Shown one piece after another: positions 50,894 to 64,000 of a stretch of 64,000 bases of DNA. Both the position numbers and the translations under genes were made by a program. The notes beneath the pieces were generated by a model that saw only the letters and a program-made list of their open reading frames with translations, was not told where the DNA came from and ran no database searches. The number at the start of each line of letters is the position of its first letter. The first letter of the stretch is position 1. This DNA is from Octopus sinensis (taxonomy: Eukaryota): contig NC_043006.1 in NCBI RefSeq assembly GCF_006345805.1, positions 71,610,001-71,674,000 on the forward strand, in the 5' to 3' direction.

Positions 50894-51682
50894 TTAAATA
50901 ACTTGAGTGCTAATTAAAGCTTATGTAGTGGATTTTGCAAGCATGAAGTGGATTTGATCCACCATAGCCATTTTTAAATTAACACTGCAACAGAACTGTT
51001 CCCACGGTGGAACAATGGTTTTTCTCTGACAGCAGTTTTACATTTTCCAGATGCCTTTAGCTAGGCCGAAATTATGTCTTCACCACTTGACCCTTTCTAA
51101 CCTCTTCTACTTCACCAAAAGCTAGAATAGAGATAACAAGACCACCAACTAAATCTAGTTCTCAATGATATATCTATACTTCTGGATAGTTATATAAGCC
51201 AGAATACCTCAAGCAAAAATTGGTTAGTTACATCATGACGACTCAATTAGTTAGGGAATGGACTGCGAGAATCATGATCACAAGGAATGCAGCTACTAAA
51301 GATAATGGTCAGTGAGAGAAATGAAGTTTACTGTCAGCAACTGTGAGACAATGTCCCACACCCTACAACTTTCACTTGTTCTAATTCTGTTCTCTTACAT
51401 CATTCTATCTCTCTGTATTTACTACTACTAAACAATGAAGAGGACATAAACACAAACTTTACTTCGCATGCTTTTGGATTTATCATAACCTGCCCATCGA
51501 GGCAAGGTATTGTAACGTAATGGTAAATAAATACTTTCTTAAAACTTCATGCATTGTCCATCTTTCACATCTTACAACATGCAATAATAACAACCAATTT
51601 TTATCGTCACAACTGCTGATTATGACATCATCATAATATTGCATACAAAACAATTTCTGCCATAACACTTAATTATGAAATA

Positions 51683-52169
51683 CAGTAATCTCTCGCTGTA
51701 TTGCGGTTCACCAATCATGGTTTATTATTTAAGCTTACATCAATTCCTCTGTAGTGTTGTTTTGCAAAGCATCATTCAAGCACGGTCGTTGCCACTTCCC
51801 CTTGACTGGCTCCCATGCCAGTGGCATGTAGAAAGCACCATTTGAGCATGGTCGATGCCAGTACTGCCTGCCTAGCCCCCATGCTGGTGGCATGTAAAAA
51901 GCACCCAATACACTCTTGGGATAGTTGGCATTAGGAAGGCATCCAGCTGTAGAAACATTGCCAAATCAAATTGGAGCCTAATGCAGCCTCCTGGCTTGCC
52001 AGTCCTCAGTCAAACTGTCCAACCCATGCCAGCATGGAAAGAGGACATTAAATGATTATGATGATGATACATGTTATAAAAATATAAAAAAATATACAGT
52101 ACTGTTTCTACTTTCACCTATCACAGGGGGTTTTGGAACATAATACCTGCGATTGTCGAGGGATTACTG
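51683..52169. mobile_element. Tigger/pogo-like MITE with nested RTE-related insertion (~51768-52068)
   Basis: TA-cagtaatctctcg ... cgagggattactg-TA. Confidence 0.7.
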
Positions 52170-53919
52170 TATTATAAAAATGCAGAAACATTACATTTCC
52201 TGATCATTATGTGATCGGAAATATGTGCATCACCATTAAGTTCCAGCAACAGTTTGGCAGTTAACATGTTAATACAACAAATTTCTGAAAAGTTTCTGTC
52301 AACCAAAATTTCATTCACAAGGCATTTGTCAATGAGGAAATGATAGAAGTAGGTTTCTTAAAGTCTCTCAGTAAGATTGAACTTCTTAACCACACAGCCT
52401 GTCATGTGATTGAAAAGTTCTGTGACCAGTAAATTTTTATGCAAACATTGAGAGCAATGAATGTTATTGGATGTTTTAGTGCTGAAGTTATTTTGATTTC
52501 CAAGTAAGATCTCTGTGTTGTTGCTTAGCTCCAAGTCAGCCCTGATCCAGCTGACCTACAACCAAAAGCACTCCAACCATGACTATCCTGTCTTAATTTA
52601 AGATGGTAGAATGTGGTTTGAAGGATATCTAGTTGATATTTTTAGCAGGAGATAAATGATTACATAGAAACTCTCTCGATGGTTCAACATGCCGTGTTAA
52701 GCTGTCAGCATGAATAGATTTACTCTACACATCTGATTAGCATAAAGTATCAGACACACCCCAGGGTAGCTTTCTCCTCTATGACTTTTCTATTGCTACT
52801 GTAATAACCTCTCTTCCTTAGAACTAGCTCAGCTCCAAGGACATTGCTCTCCTATTTGTCTCTCCTCCCCTCATCATCCTTGTTTCCAGTCCCACAAGTC
52901 CTGCACTAATCATTATACCATGTCCTTCCTTCCCAGAATTTCTCCTCTCTGGAATTCCCATACTGTTTAGGCATGGCTGTTGTGGTAGGAAGTTTGCTTC
53001 CCAACCACACTGTTCCAGGTTCAATCTCTCGGCATGACACCTTGAGCAAGTGTCTTCCACTGTAGCCTTGGGTTGACTAAAGCCTTGTGTGTGGATTCAG
53101 TAGATGGAAACAGAAAGAAACCCATTGTCTGTGTCTTTGTTCTACACCACTGCTTGACAACTGGTGTTTGTATTTTTATGTCCCTGTAACTTAGCAGTTC
53201 AACAAAACAGATCAATAAAATAAGTACCAGATCTACTTTAAAAAACAAGTACTGGAGTCGATTCGTTTGACTAAAATATCTTCAAGGCAGTGCTCCAGCA
53301 CGGCTGCAGTATAAGACTGAAACAAGTTGCTGAAACCTCCCTTTCAGTCATGACTGACCATAGGATTGCACTTAGAAAGTTACCCTCCCAGGCACAAGTC
53401 TGGGCAAGGTTGTTTATGGAAGACCAGCAGTCGCCCATGCATACCAGCCTCCTCTCTCCATGCCACCGATGTCATCCAAGGGAAAGGCAATGGTTGATAC
53501 AGCTTGGCACCTGTGATGTTGCAACTCATTTCTGAGTGAACTGGAGCAACATGAAATAAAGTGTCTTGCTCAAGAACTCAACATAAAGCCCAGTCCAGGA
53601 TTCAAACTCACCTCACGATCGTAAGCTCAATGCTCTAACCACTGAGCCATATGCCTTCACTGAAACCAGTAAAATGTGAAAAAATATCTTTTCTGCAAGT
53701 ATTGATTTAGAAAGGTTCAAGGAAAACATCAATGACATCCATCTCATAATTCTAAATACAATTACGAATTATAATTCAAAAATATATATATTTATATTAT
53801 AATCTATAATTATATATATTACTGGAAATGTGTGTAACGATGCATTAAAATATTTATGAAATTCCATCTTTGGATTATTATTATTATTACTATATTTATC
53901 CTATGTTATATTGGTTCAG

Positions 53920-53958
<39 letters not shown>

Positions 53959-53961
<3 letters not shown>

Positions 53962-54345
53962 TTATATATAAAAGAGAGGTTGTGTGTCTGTCTCCTATGA
54001 TTTAGATTCCTAACTACTCCCACATTTTGCGGTGCAGTTTAACCAAAACCGGGTATCTTATAGTCGTGATTCATATCGAGCCCTTCTGGGTATTAGCGCG
54101 TGTCTACGATTTAAAAAATAATTTACCATAATTTTTTTCCATTTTAATGCATTTTTTCGCTATTATATAAGGGAAGTAACTCTCTAAAAATGTCTACGAT
54201 GAGTCAACGATTTAAAAAAAAATTTACCATCATTTTTTTTCCATTTTTGATGCATTTTTTTGCTACTTTTTGGCTATAACTCTCTAAAAATGCTTATATA
54301 GTTATTTCCCTTACAAACCTGAGCAACGCCGGGCGATACTGCTAG
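53959..54345 (+). mobile_element. Non-autonomous Helitron
   Basis: 5' TC(tttatatataaaag), 3' GC-rich hairpin-like cctgagcaacgccggg then CTAG; inserted between A and T in a (TA)n tract; internal ~90-bp duplication. Confidence 0.75.
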
Positions 54346-55940
54346 TATATATATATAATCATTAAACAATCACTTTTCCATGATTGCATGACTCAGAATT
54401 GTGGAAACAGATTTTCTATAGCCAGATGCCCTTCCTGTTACCCATCCTCAGCTTTTTCCAAACAAGGTAATATTTCCCCGTGACCAGACATATTTGTCAT
54501 GGAAGACTGGAAATAAATAAATAACTGCCCTTGCTTGTATGACAATGATAATCATTTCCCACCATCAGGTGATGTCTAGACAAGGGTCCACCCAAAGGCA
54601 TACACATATGACCTGCGGGCCTCCATCCACCAAATCCACCCACAAGGCCCTGTTCAGCCCAGGGCCAAAGTAGAAGATGGGGCCAGGATGAGACCAAACT
54701 CTGCACCTATGTATAGGTGCTGGCATGGCAGTGTGGTTCAGAAACTTGCTCTGCAACTAAATGGTTTTGGGTTAAGTCTCACTCATGACACCCTGGGTAA
54801 GTGTTATCCCAAGTGTTCTCCACTACATCCTCTGGGGCATCCAATGCACTGCAAGTGAATTCAGCAGAAAGAAATTAAATGGTAAATGGAAACTCTTCCA
54901 TTTGTGTGTGTATGTGAGTGTGTGTAAATATGTTCTCATTAAAACTTCCTTCTAGAAGGTAAACTTATATGAAAACAACCTGAAGTGCAGTTGATTTTTG
55001 GTTGCCTCAACCTCTGTTGTGCTACTGCTGTCATTGTTTATTGTAATTAAAAGTGGGTTCAATACTGTGCAACACTATCCACTCAAAACAAATTCTCTTG
55101 CAGGAACTTCTTGGACACTCGGAACCTTTGCACGGATTTAATGAGTTTGGGATTGGTCTTAATCATGTTGACTTCGACCATGCAAGCACGTATGTATGTA
55201 TATCTGGGTTGGAAAGAAAGTCGTGACATTTCAAGATGGGCAGATACAAATGCTTCCCTAATAGTTTACGTCAAAATGTTGGAAGAAAACGTATCTGGCT
55301 GTAGAAAATCTTTCTCAACAAATTCTGTCTGACCAATGCAAGCATGAAAAAGTGGACGTTAGCACGCTGATGGGGACAGCGTACAGACTAGTCTCTGAAA
55401 AGTTACTGTGGGGCATTGAACCTTCTAATATCTTCCCTCTGAAATATTTGATTTTTATGAACTTTTTAACCCCTCTCCTAAAACTGTATTAATGAGTCAC
55501 CATAATGTTTGGCAAGCTTAAGAAAACTTCTTAATTATATTAAACACGACCATTTGTCTGCACTCATTAACCCACACCCTTCTCACCTCATACGTCAAAT
55601 GTTATTGGAGTCTGTACATTATATAGAATGGGCGGTGAAGGTGTTGTATAGGGTAGTTGAATGTATGCAGGGGACAAGAAAATATTTGTTCTTTATGGAG
55701 AGAAGACAGCAACAAAGCATACACCACAATATATGGAACCAACGAGGGAGTTGTACATGAGGCCGGTCGAAGCAGCAGTCAAAATTCTAGCAGAAGTACA
55801 ATTCAGTGCGCTGCATGATGAGATAATAACGGCTTCGACACCTTCGATCGTTGGTTTGCTCGCTAAAGTCTAACTCGGGGTTAAACAACAATAGTAGATT
55901 CTAGAAAAAAAGATGTAATAAAACAGAGCTGTGGCCGCCG

Positions 55941-56150
55941 CCAATATTTGGAAGACGGCACTAAGCAGTGTATCTCCAAATGAGACAACCCACGTGGTGA
56001 CGTCATACAAGACTGACCAATAACTATGAACGTAACTCTGCAACAGACGTAACTAATTCATAACAAACTGCCAGACTAAACGAAAACTATGAGAAATCAT
56101 GCTAATTAGATTATGAATAAGCAAGGCGGAGTAAGTCGTTCTTATAAATA
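55941..56150 (+). promoter_or_regulatory. Histone H2B promoter
   Basis: CCAAT 55941 and 56017, CACGTG 55991, CRE TGACGTCA 55998, octamer-like ATGCTAAT 56099, TATAAATA 56143. Confidence 0.7.
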
Positions 56151-56196
56151 TTAGTAGAGCTGTGTGACCCTCCAGCTATAGAACTGCTAAAACAAT

Positions 56197-56565
56197 ATGC
56201 CGTCTGAAATCAGCTCTAAAGGTGCCAAGAAAGCAACCAAGGCCAAATCCTCACGCTCCGGCGACAAGAAGACAAAAAGAAAGCGAAAAGAAAGTTATTC
56301 CATCTACATTTATAAAGTCATGAAGCAAGTGCACCCTGACACGGGTATCTCCAGTAAGGCGATGTCCATTATGAACAGCTTCGTTAACGACTTGTTCGAG
56401 AGGATCGCTGCCGAATCCAGCCGCTTGGCTCACTACAACAAACGTTCGACCATTAGTAGCCGTGAGGTGCAGACTGCTGTCCGTCTTCTTCTTCCAGGTG
56501 AACTGGCTAAACATGCTGTATCGGAAGGTACCAAGGCTGTTACCAAATATACCAGTAGCAAGTAA
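56197..56565 (+). CDS. H2B: Histone H2B (122 aa, intronless)
   Basis: [37 protein letters not shown]...[26 protein letters not shown]. Confidence 0.98.
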   Translation: MPSEISSKGAKKATKAKSSRSGDKKTKRKRKESYSIYIYKVMKQVHPDTGISSKAMSIMNSFVNDLFERIAAESSRLAHYNKRSTISSREVQTAVRLLLPGELAKHAVSEGTKAVTKYTSSK

Positions 56566-57745
56566 CCAGAGAAGACCAAAACCTCTTTGCTGCTAATTTT
56601 CGGCCGAGAAATTAAGGAAAAAAAAAAAATCCTTTCAGAATCACCACCTATTATGTTTATTATTACAACACAAACGGTTACGGAAATATCCCTTTCACCT
56701 ATGTCATTCATATATCGTCCTCCTGTATTTCATTCAAGGCAAGTGTAAATATCCTTGCTTTGGCAACTAAGGACTCCCCTTTCTCATATTTTTCTTCCAA
56801 ATATTTTCAATTTTCCAGTAATTTAAAACTGCCTGACTTTGTCTTTCATTTTACTTAGAGATTTTGTTTGATTCTAATTTTTTCTTCATTCATTGAAAAT
56901 TCGATCCTGCAACCTCATCTCTATATTTTCTGTATTAAAGCTGATATTGATTTGTCCCTATCACTGTCTCTTGTTTTATTGAAATTATATATACACCACA
57001 TCCAATTCCTGTTTGAAATTATGTATTTTAGACTTTATTATTTTTTTTTCATCTAATATATTTTAATGTATATCTTGATAATTTTTGTCATCGCCCTCGC
57101 ACTGTTTTCTTTTATCCCTACTACATTGAATTCAGTCAGGCTTTTCAAGACCTGTTGATTTATTTCTTTTTTCTTTCCCCACTCTCATGACTTTATTTTC
57201 TAATAAATATTTCAAAACTGAATAATTCCTGACTCGATCCTAAATGTTTAGTTCTTGCAAAATTTTCGTAAATTTTTTTGTAAATATTTATCTCCTAATT
57301 TTTTATAGAGAACAAAATTTGAGACTTCATTGTCTGCTAGATGTAGTTTATAGACGAAGTTAATTGCCTCTATTCTGTCCGTTCTTAGTATAACATATAT
57401 TGCAGCAGAAATAGTCTTTCTAAAATCCCCATTGCAGTCTATCATTCCCCTTCCTTGTACCCCCCCCCCGTTGCTTTAATAAATCTTTTTATATATATAT
57501 ATATATATATATCTCAAAAGAGCCAGTACCCCCTTTTGCATTTTAGCTCTACACAATTCTATAATTTAAATTTGTCTAGCAGACAAAAATGCCTACGCAG
57601 TTTGTAGACTAGCACTAACATATCAGAAGTATTTCCATGTTGCAGGAGGAACTTTGGTGAGAAGAGTTGCTTCAACTAATGAAGTGTTGTCTGGGACATA
57701 AAATGAATTTTAGAGACTTCACTGAGAAGTATGGCTTTCTTATTC

Positions 57746-57784
<39 letters not shown>

Positions 57785-60700
57785 TTGCAGGCTACACATG
57801 TCTGAGACAACGCCACAGTCGTGACTTTTACACACAAACTTGCTGCAAATTGGCTCAATTTCATATTTTATTTTACTTTTTGTAAGCAAAACACTTCGGG
57901 GATGGGCATGATTACATTAAAAAGAAACAAAAAAAATGGAACTCCTGCTGGATGTCCTTTTTTTAAAAAAAGAAAAAGTGTATATTAAGACCGTTATCGT
58001 ATTTGAGTTGTCTAAATAATTCTGGATGCTACCACATAATTCTTATCCTGGTTCTATTTTCTTTCAAATATAGGCTTGTATATATAATGAATATATATAT
58101 ATATATAAACTAGTTTTTAGTTAATGAACTGTATCTTCACAGTATTTTACATTTAGTTAACTTTTCACACCATTAAATTACTAGTTTACTAGGATTTTAA
58201 CATCTTTGTAATAATGTCTTGCTAGATTGTTGCTTAGCTTTTCTCTGGTTCTATTTTTTTTTAAACTAGAAGCTAAGATTTGAGCAAAGTTTCATATTAA
58301 ATAAAATTTGGTCAGAGTACTGTGTATTTTCAGGCCATGATTTTGAAACCTTGTTTCGTAGGGTAAGTGAGGAGTTGCAGATTCTGCTTTCCTAGTTTTA
58401 CTCTTTATACAGAATTGGTTGCACCCTCCACCCAACACCTTTTTAGTCCTTGTTGATTTATAAGAGGATGAGGACTTCTCTAGTGCTTATTGATTTCTGG
58501 TGATGTATTGGCCACTCTAACCTTTTATTACTACACATTTTAGCAGTGTTCCTTAAACCTTATTTCTAAATATGAAGCCTTGACTTTCTACATTCTTAGT
58601 CTGTTAATCTCCCACCCACATCTGTAAAATTAGTTGGAATATGAAGACCTTTGCCGCCTGATGTGCTAACTATTTTTCTTAGAACCTAAATATTTTACCA
58701 TTTAGATTAACATTCATGCAGTTTGTACATTGCTGCATTATCGAATGTGTACTTTATTATAAAGTAGGAAGGAGTTTGGAGACTGAACTATCATTTGTGG
58801 CATGTCTCTCTTATTAATCCCTCAATGTCGACTTTCGTCTAAAAGCCCCATGTCGCTTTTTTTTTTTTTTTTTTTCTATCTATATTTAATCCGCCACTGG
58901 TTCTCTTTCTTCCGCTACCCACTCGATGCCGTTATTCCTTTGCTAACCATCCAGTTTCCTTTTAACAAACCACGATGTCTTATTTTTCTGCCGTCAATCT
59001 GTGTTGTGCTTCAAGAGAAAACATTGACAGTGGTGAGAGCGAAACTGCTTTCATAGATATGACAGCCACAATATTTCAACAGACGTTATTATCAAGAATG
59101 ACAAAAGCAACAGAATACTCTTATTCCTTTCGCACGTCAGTGCTAATAATAGATCTCCCCCTTTCACATCATTTACACGAACAAATAGCTGGAAACGATA
59201 AAAATTAATTTTAATGTATTTGATTAAAGGGGCATAACTCAATGTCTCCTGATATACAGAGTACTCAGACGAGTAAGCTAACATTCTATGTGAAATTTCC
59301 TTAATTTGTTTTAACCCTGTAAGGCGTAATTTAGCTGCTCATTCTAGCAAGGTGAATGATCTTACTTAAAAATTCCCTTGCAGTAAGGTAATGCATCAAA
59401 CACTGTACACTGATCATAGTACAGTCCTAAGTCGGTACAATAGTGCAAATTTAGCGTATTATATAAGCCCCAGGCTACCCAGAATGTTTCATTAGAGGAA
59501 CACAGCAGTGCTGTGTGAATCTCGATCAGCTAAAGTGATCTAAGCATAAAAGCCAAATTCTCACCGATTAACGTCCGTTTTCCATGCTGGCATGGGTTTG
59601 AGAGGTCAGGAGAGCCAGGTTCCAATTTGGTCTGGTGGTTTCTGCAGCTGGATGCCCTTCGTAACGCCAGTGGATGCTTTTTACGTGCCACTGGCACAAG
59701 AGCCAGTGAAGCGGGCCTGGCGCCGATCGCGTTCGGATGGTGCTTTTTACATGTCACTGGCACAGGAGCTAGTCATGGGGTACTGGTGTCGGACACGATC
59801 AGTTGGTGCTTTTTACGTGCCACCAGCACGGGCTCACCTGCCCCAGCTATGACACTGGTTTGAACTCAACAGGTCTTCTCATGCATATATTGCACGATGC
59901 ATCAGGAGTATTACCAGGGTTGGATGTGCATGGTTGCAATCTCACTTTAGTTGCCACTCAGTCTCCTGCCATTGCCTCTGAGGCCCAATGTTCGAAATGA
60001 TAAGCTGGAATGTTTTTTTAAGAGCTTATGTGGGACTAATGACAAAACGAAGTGAAGGATTTTCCATAAAATACAAGGTTTTATGAACAAGTCTAGGATA
60101 GCTTGAACAAAATTTAAAGCAGTTATTTTGTTAGTGTCTTGAAATTTGTCTAATATTTATGTGACTATAAAGAACTAAAAGGAATATCAGTATCAAGACT
60201 CGGGTCCTCAGAACCATGACTGCAATATTAATTTCTTAGGCACAAGGAACATTTTTAGAAGGGGTTGTTAATTTAGTCTACAGCAGGACTTGATTGCAGC
60301 ATAATTACATCAACTACGGAAGAAAGGTGAAAAACAACTTGAGCAAGATTTGAACTTCTCTTCTGATTTATGCCCACTACCTTGATAAATATGATAGAAT
60401 ATGGCAGGATTCAATAGGGTCAGCAAATGATCAACAGAATCTAATTTACTTATACTGCAAGTAATTACATTTTTCAGAAATTTATGAATATTATCTCTTG
60501 ATAATACCAAGTGCCTTTATAGGGATGCTTGCCCTTACCAGAAATAACCAAATCTCCCCTGCTACCATTTTAAATGAAAAAATGTCTATACTTGAAGGCA
60601 TTTTAGCAATGACTTTTGATCACAAGTTTTCTTGATAAGGAACAAACGGCATAAATACAGTGGTGTTCCATCCTGTAATACAGCTTAGTTGTTTAATGAA

Positions 60701-61552
60701 CATTAGATACGGAGCCATTTAAGTTTTACAGTTAGATGTGATGAAGGTGTATGGACTGCTGGGCTAGAACAGACACTATAAAACTTAGAAAAAGCTCCAG
60801 TTTGTAAGATCATTCTTATAGCCACACCACCTGTTAAAGCTATAATCCTTGAATTACAAGATTGTTTTGCAAAGATCTATAGATATTTTAAGAGTGGACA
60901 TTAGATTTGATATAGACAAGTGCAGACCCATGATCGACTCATTCACTAATACACATTAGAACAATGGAAACATGATATTTTGGCATCATTGATTCAAGGC
61001 TCGACTAATATACCATCATTTTAATGTTTTTGTTATCACCTTCCCTCAAGTGTATGGACATTTCTCTATGTGTACGTGAAGAGGAAAAGTGTTTGTCAAG
61101 CATTCAATTAATCAATTGTTTTTTTTACTATGTGCAATTATTTTTAGCTTCAGTACCGAATGTAGTTGCCAAAACAAACAAAAAATGGCTGGATATCCAG
61201 TCAGCTGTGCCAACTCACTGACATTCAAAACAGCTGTACCCACTTCTTTCTCTCTACAGAATTCACTACTACAGACCAAGATTTCAATCAAGACTACATC
61301 TAATAATCCAACAGTAGAGACTAGGCTAGAAATAACAACCAAATCTTCTTCAAAACAGACATTGGGTAATGTAATTCTTAGTTTACTGTGACTAGGAAAG
61401 AGACAGGATGGTCATTTATGTATTACATTTGACCCCCAACATCTAGTCTATCAGAGCTGACTCAAAGACCAAAGAAAAAAATCCAAAAACAACTCCATAA
61501 ACACATTTTATATATTTTATTACACAGTTTCTGCTTAAAGATTTGATGAAAT

Positions 61553-61639
61553 TTAAATTTTATTGAAGGCAACAACGTCTACAGATTGTACATAGTCTTC
61601 AAATTTGGTAATCTCTTCGTCAAGATAATCTGTGCCAAC
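61553..61639 (-). CDS. EEF1B2: Elongation factor 1-beta (or the paralogous delta) last coding exon
   Basis: VGTDYLDEEITKFEDYVQSVDVVAFNKI*; ttctag acceptor; AATAAA on - at 61516-61521. Confidence 0.88.
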   Translation of the reverse strand, partial: VGTDYLDEEITKFEDYVQSVDVVAFNKI

Positions 61640-62819
61640 CTAGAAATAAAAACAAGGAATCTTAATACAGAGAAGCCAACCATTGTCATTGAATTCTATA
61701 AAATATAGCGATTTGCTTTACATGTAACTAGGGGTTCAATTACATTGTACAGTATCGTAGAAAAATGTTTCCTACTATAGCTCCAGGCCAATCAATGCCT
61801 TGTGGATTAACAATAGATGGAAACTGAAAGAAGCATGTAGTGTGTGTGTTGTACATCTTTCTTTTCCTTGACACTTACACACTGATTATACAAAAATTGT
61901 CACCCATTTATACAAGTAATGTCACTTCTTAAACCCTCTGTGAAAACATGTCCTGCCACTGAGGTGTTCATTATTCAAGGGACCAAATGACATCTTGCTT
62001 GGAAGAAACGGGTGAGGGTTGGTGACAGGAAGAGCATCTGACCTCAGAGATCCTGCATTGACAGCTTAGAAAAGATGATATTGATTCTTTTGAGGTGGGT
62101 TTCACAGTGTCTAGACACTGTTTGCCAGTTCAACATGATTGAATTCCAGTTGACTTCATCTTCGAGGTTAAGGACGTACTTTAGTCACAGAATGATAACT
62201 GTGATTAACAAATTGGTGCATTCTCGAAGGGGAGATAATCCATGACCCTGATGAGACCTGCACTAGTTAGTTTTGAATGTGAGTTTGGAAGTGTGAGAGA
62301 TATCATATGTAATCCATGGCACATCATAGACATATATAGGCAACATACAATAATAACATGGTTGATTTACATCAACTTTTTACACTGGGACAAGTCATTG
62401 CAGCTCTCCTGGATGGGTTAGATCATATCTTGTAAGTTTCGTTTTTGACAAGTTTTTGTTTTAGAAGGGCATCTTTATGCCTAGATGCCCTTCTAAAACA
62501 AAAACTTTACAAAGTGTACCGGGTGCATTTTCTCATATTACCAGCACTAGAGAGGAAAGAAGCAAGAGTGGATAATGGCAAGGGGTGAGTGTAACTTTCT
62601 TTCACACAGCAACTTGTGCCCATTTAATATTTCAATATAATGAAATAAGGCAAAATAGATTTTTAAATATTATTAATCAGGAATGGAGTTTGAACTGTTG
62701 ATCTGGGTCAAATGCTTGCAAGCAACTAAAGGCAACCACTAATCTGTGTTCAGTAATTTGGGATTAACCCAAAAGAGGTTTCAGCTTTCTTAGTTGAGGG
62801 TCAGTATTTCTTTTAGCCA

Positions 62820-63367
62820 TTGGGTTGTCCGGAAAGTTCGTACTGATTTTTAGTAGCTTACCTTTCAACTTAGAACATGGTTGAGTCCATAAAATATGAT
62901 TTGACTTCACCTCCATTTAGAGCACAGTTTAAGCTATCTTTACATGGAAGAAGGTTTATGTTCCTATAACCTGTTTTAATTCTGTAACCCTTTAAAATGG
63001 AAGATAAGAAAGTTCATTTTCGGCACTTGATGCTTTGGGAACCAGACAAAAATTGCTGCAGCTCAGCTGGCATGTGTTATCCCACCCTCCATATTCACCA
63101 GATATTGCTCCTTCAGATTTCCACTTATTCGGGTCTCTTAATGGTAAAAATCTCAATTCCTTGGATGACGTAAAAAGATACCTTGATGAATTCTTTGCCA
63201 TGAAACCACCTCAATTCTGGGGAGAGGGTATGTTCAAGTCAAAGGAAAGATGGAGATTATTGTGCAACAAAATGGCTCATATTTGGTTGATTAAAAATGT
63301 AATGGCAAGTATTTATTGACCTTTTCTTTTCCTTTAAAAATCGGCACAAACTTTCCGGACAACCCAA
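62820..63367 (+). mobile_element. Internally deleted mariner element (548 bp) in the EF1B intron
   Basis: 33-bp TIR ttgggttgtccggaaagtt.gt.c.gattttta (3 mismatches), TA on right; MEDKKVHFRHLMLW fused to HPPYSPDIAPSDFHLF. Confidence 0.9.
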
Positions 63368-63470
63368 TACTTTTTGAGAGGCAATAAAACAAAAATAGAA
63401 GTCAATTCCATCAAATACTGAAACAGTCCTATAAAAAACAATAAAAAATAAATTCAAACTCATTCCTCAC

Positions 63471-63538
63471 CTTATCATCTTCAACCACACAGGTAATCTG
63501 TAGTTTTTTAATGCCATAGCCAACTGGAACAAATTTAG
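63471..63538 (-). CDS. EEF1B2: Elongation factor 1-beta/delta penultimate coding exon (gene continues beyond window)
   Basis: [22 protein letters not shown]; ttccag acceptor, gtgagg donor, phase 0 into last exon. Confidence 0.9.
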
Positions 63539-63672
63539 CTGGAAGCAAAAAAAAAAACATGAGCATGAAAGCATGGAAAGCGGACGTTAAACGATGATGA
63601 TGTTTGAAATCTAACATACACAATCTCCATAATTCCCTTCAAAATGTGGTACTATTCAGTGTATATATATAT

Positions 63673-63710
<38 letters not shown>

Positions 63711-64000
63711 CAATACTATATAGCAGGGTACTATTATTTGTAACAAGGATAAAATGATCGTTGCTAGGGCCATGGAGTGAGTGGCTCCCATGCCAGTGAC
63801 ACGTGAAAACACCATTCAAGCATGATCGTTGCCTTACCGGCACATGAAAACAACATTCAAGCGTGGTCGTTGCCAGTGCAGGTATCATGTAAAAACATTT
63901 CTTGAGCGTGGTCATTGCCAGAACCGCCTGACTGGCCCTCATGCCGGTGGTACGTAAAAAGCACCCACTACACTCTCGGAGTGGATGGCATTAGGAAGGG

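Noticed and set aside
55104-55189. Exon-like segment (ttgcag...gtatgt) upstream of H2B
   Set aside because: No recognisable peptide or partner exons
55509-55890. Divergent H2A partner for H2B
   Set aside because: No H2A sequence on either strand; region resembles a decayed SINE-like repeat
62244-62290. CTGATGAG hammerhead-like start
   Set aside because: No clear stem II or GAAA follows
61640-63470. Intronic snoRNA in the EF1B intron (vertebrate EEF1B2 hosts snoRNAs)
   Set aside because: No convincing C/D box pair found by eye on -; H/ACA needs a covariance search

Overview
AT-rich, repeat-dense animal genomic DNA with GT-AG introns. The SINE/microsatellite landscape looks like a coleoid cephalopod (Octopus-like); this is an inference from repeat families, not a database result. 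Genes: (1) a complete multi-exon DBF4/Chiffon (Cdc7 activator) gene on + (probable promoter ~15.6-15.8 kb, 11 coding exons 19752-44601, all splice phases consistent, motifs N, M and C present), whose ~3.2 kb last exon is split into two overlapping frames; (2) a solitary intronless histone H2B (56197-56565, +) with only a decayed 3' stem-loop; (3) the last two exons of elongation factor 1-beta/delta on -. Mobile DNA: a nearly intact 2.58 kb piggyBac (one in-frame stop) in a DBF4 intron, a Helitron PIF1 remnant and a non-autonomous Helitron, mariner, Tc1, pogo/Tigger, hAT, Merlin-like and foldback MITEs, RTE fragments and many SINEs. Most notable: several minimal hammerhead-ribozyme folds in repeats, including one with a G3:C8 swapped core and a tRNA-headed SINE carrying a hammerhead, and a possible 56-nt frame-switching intron in DBF4.
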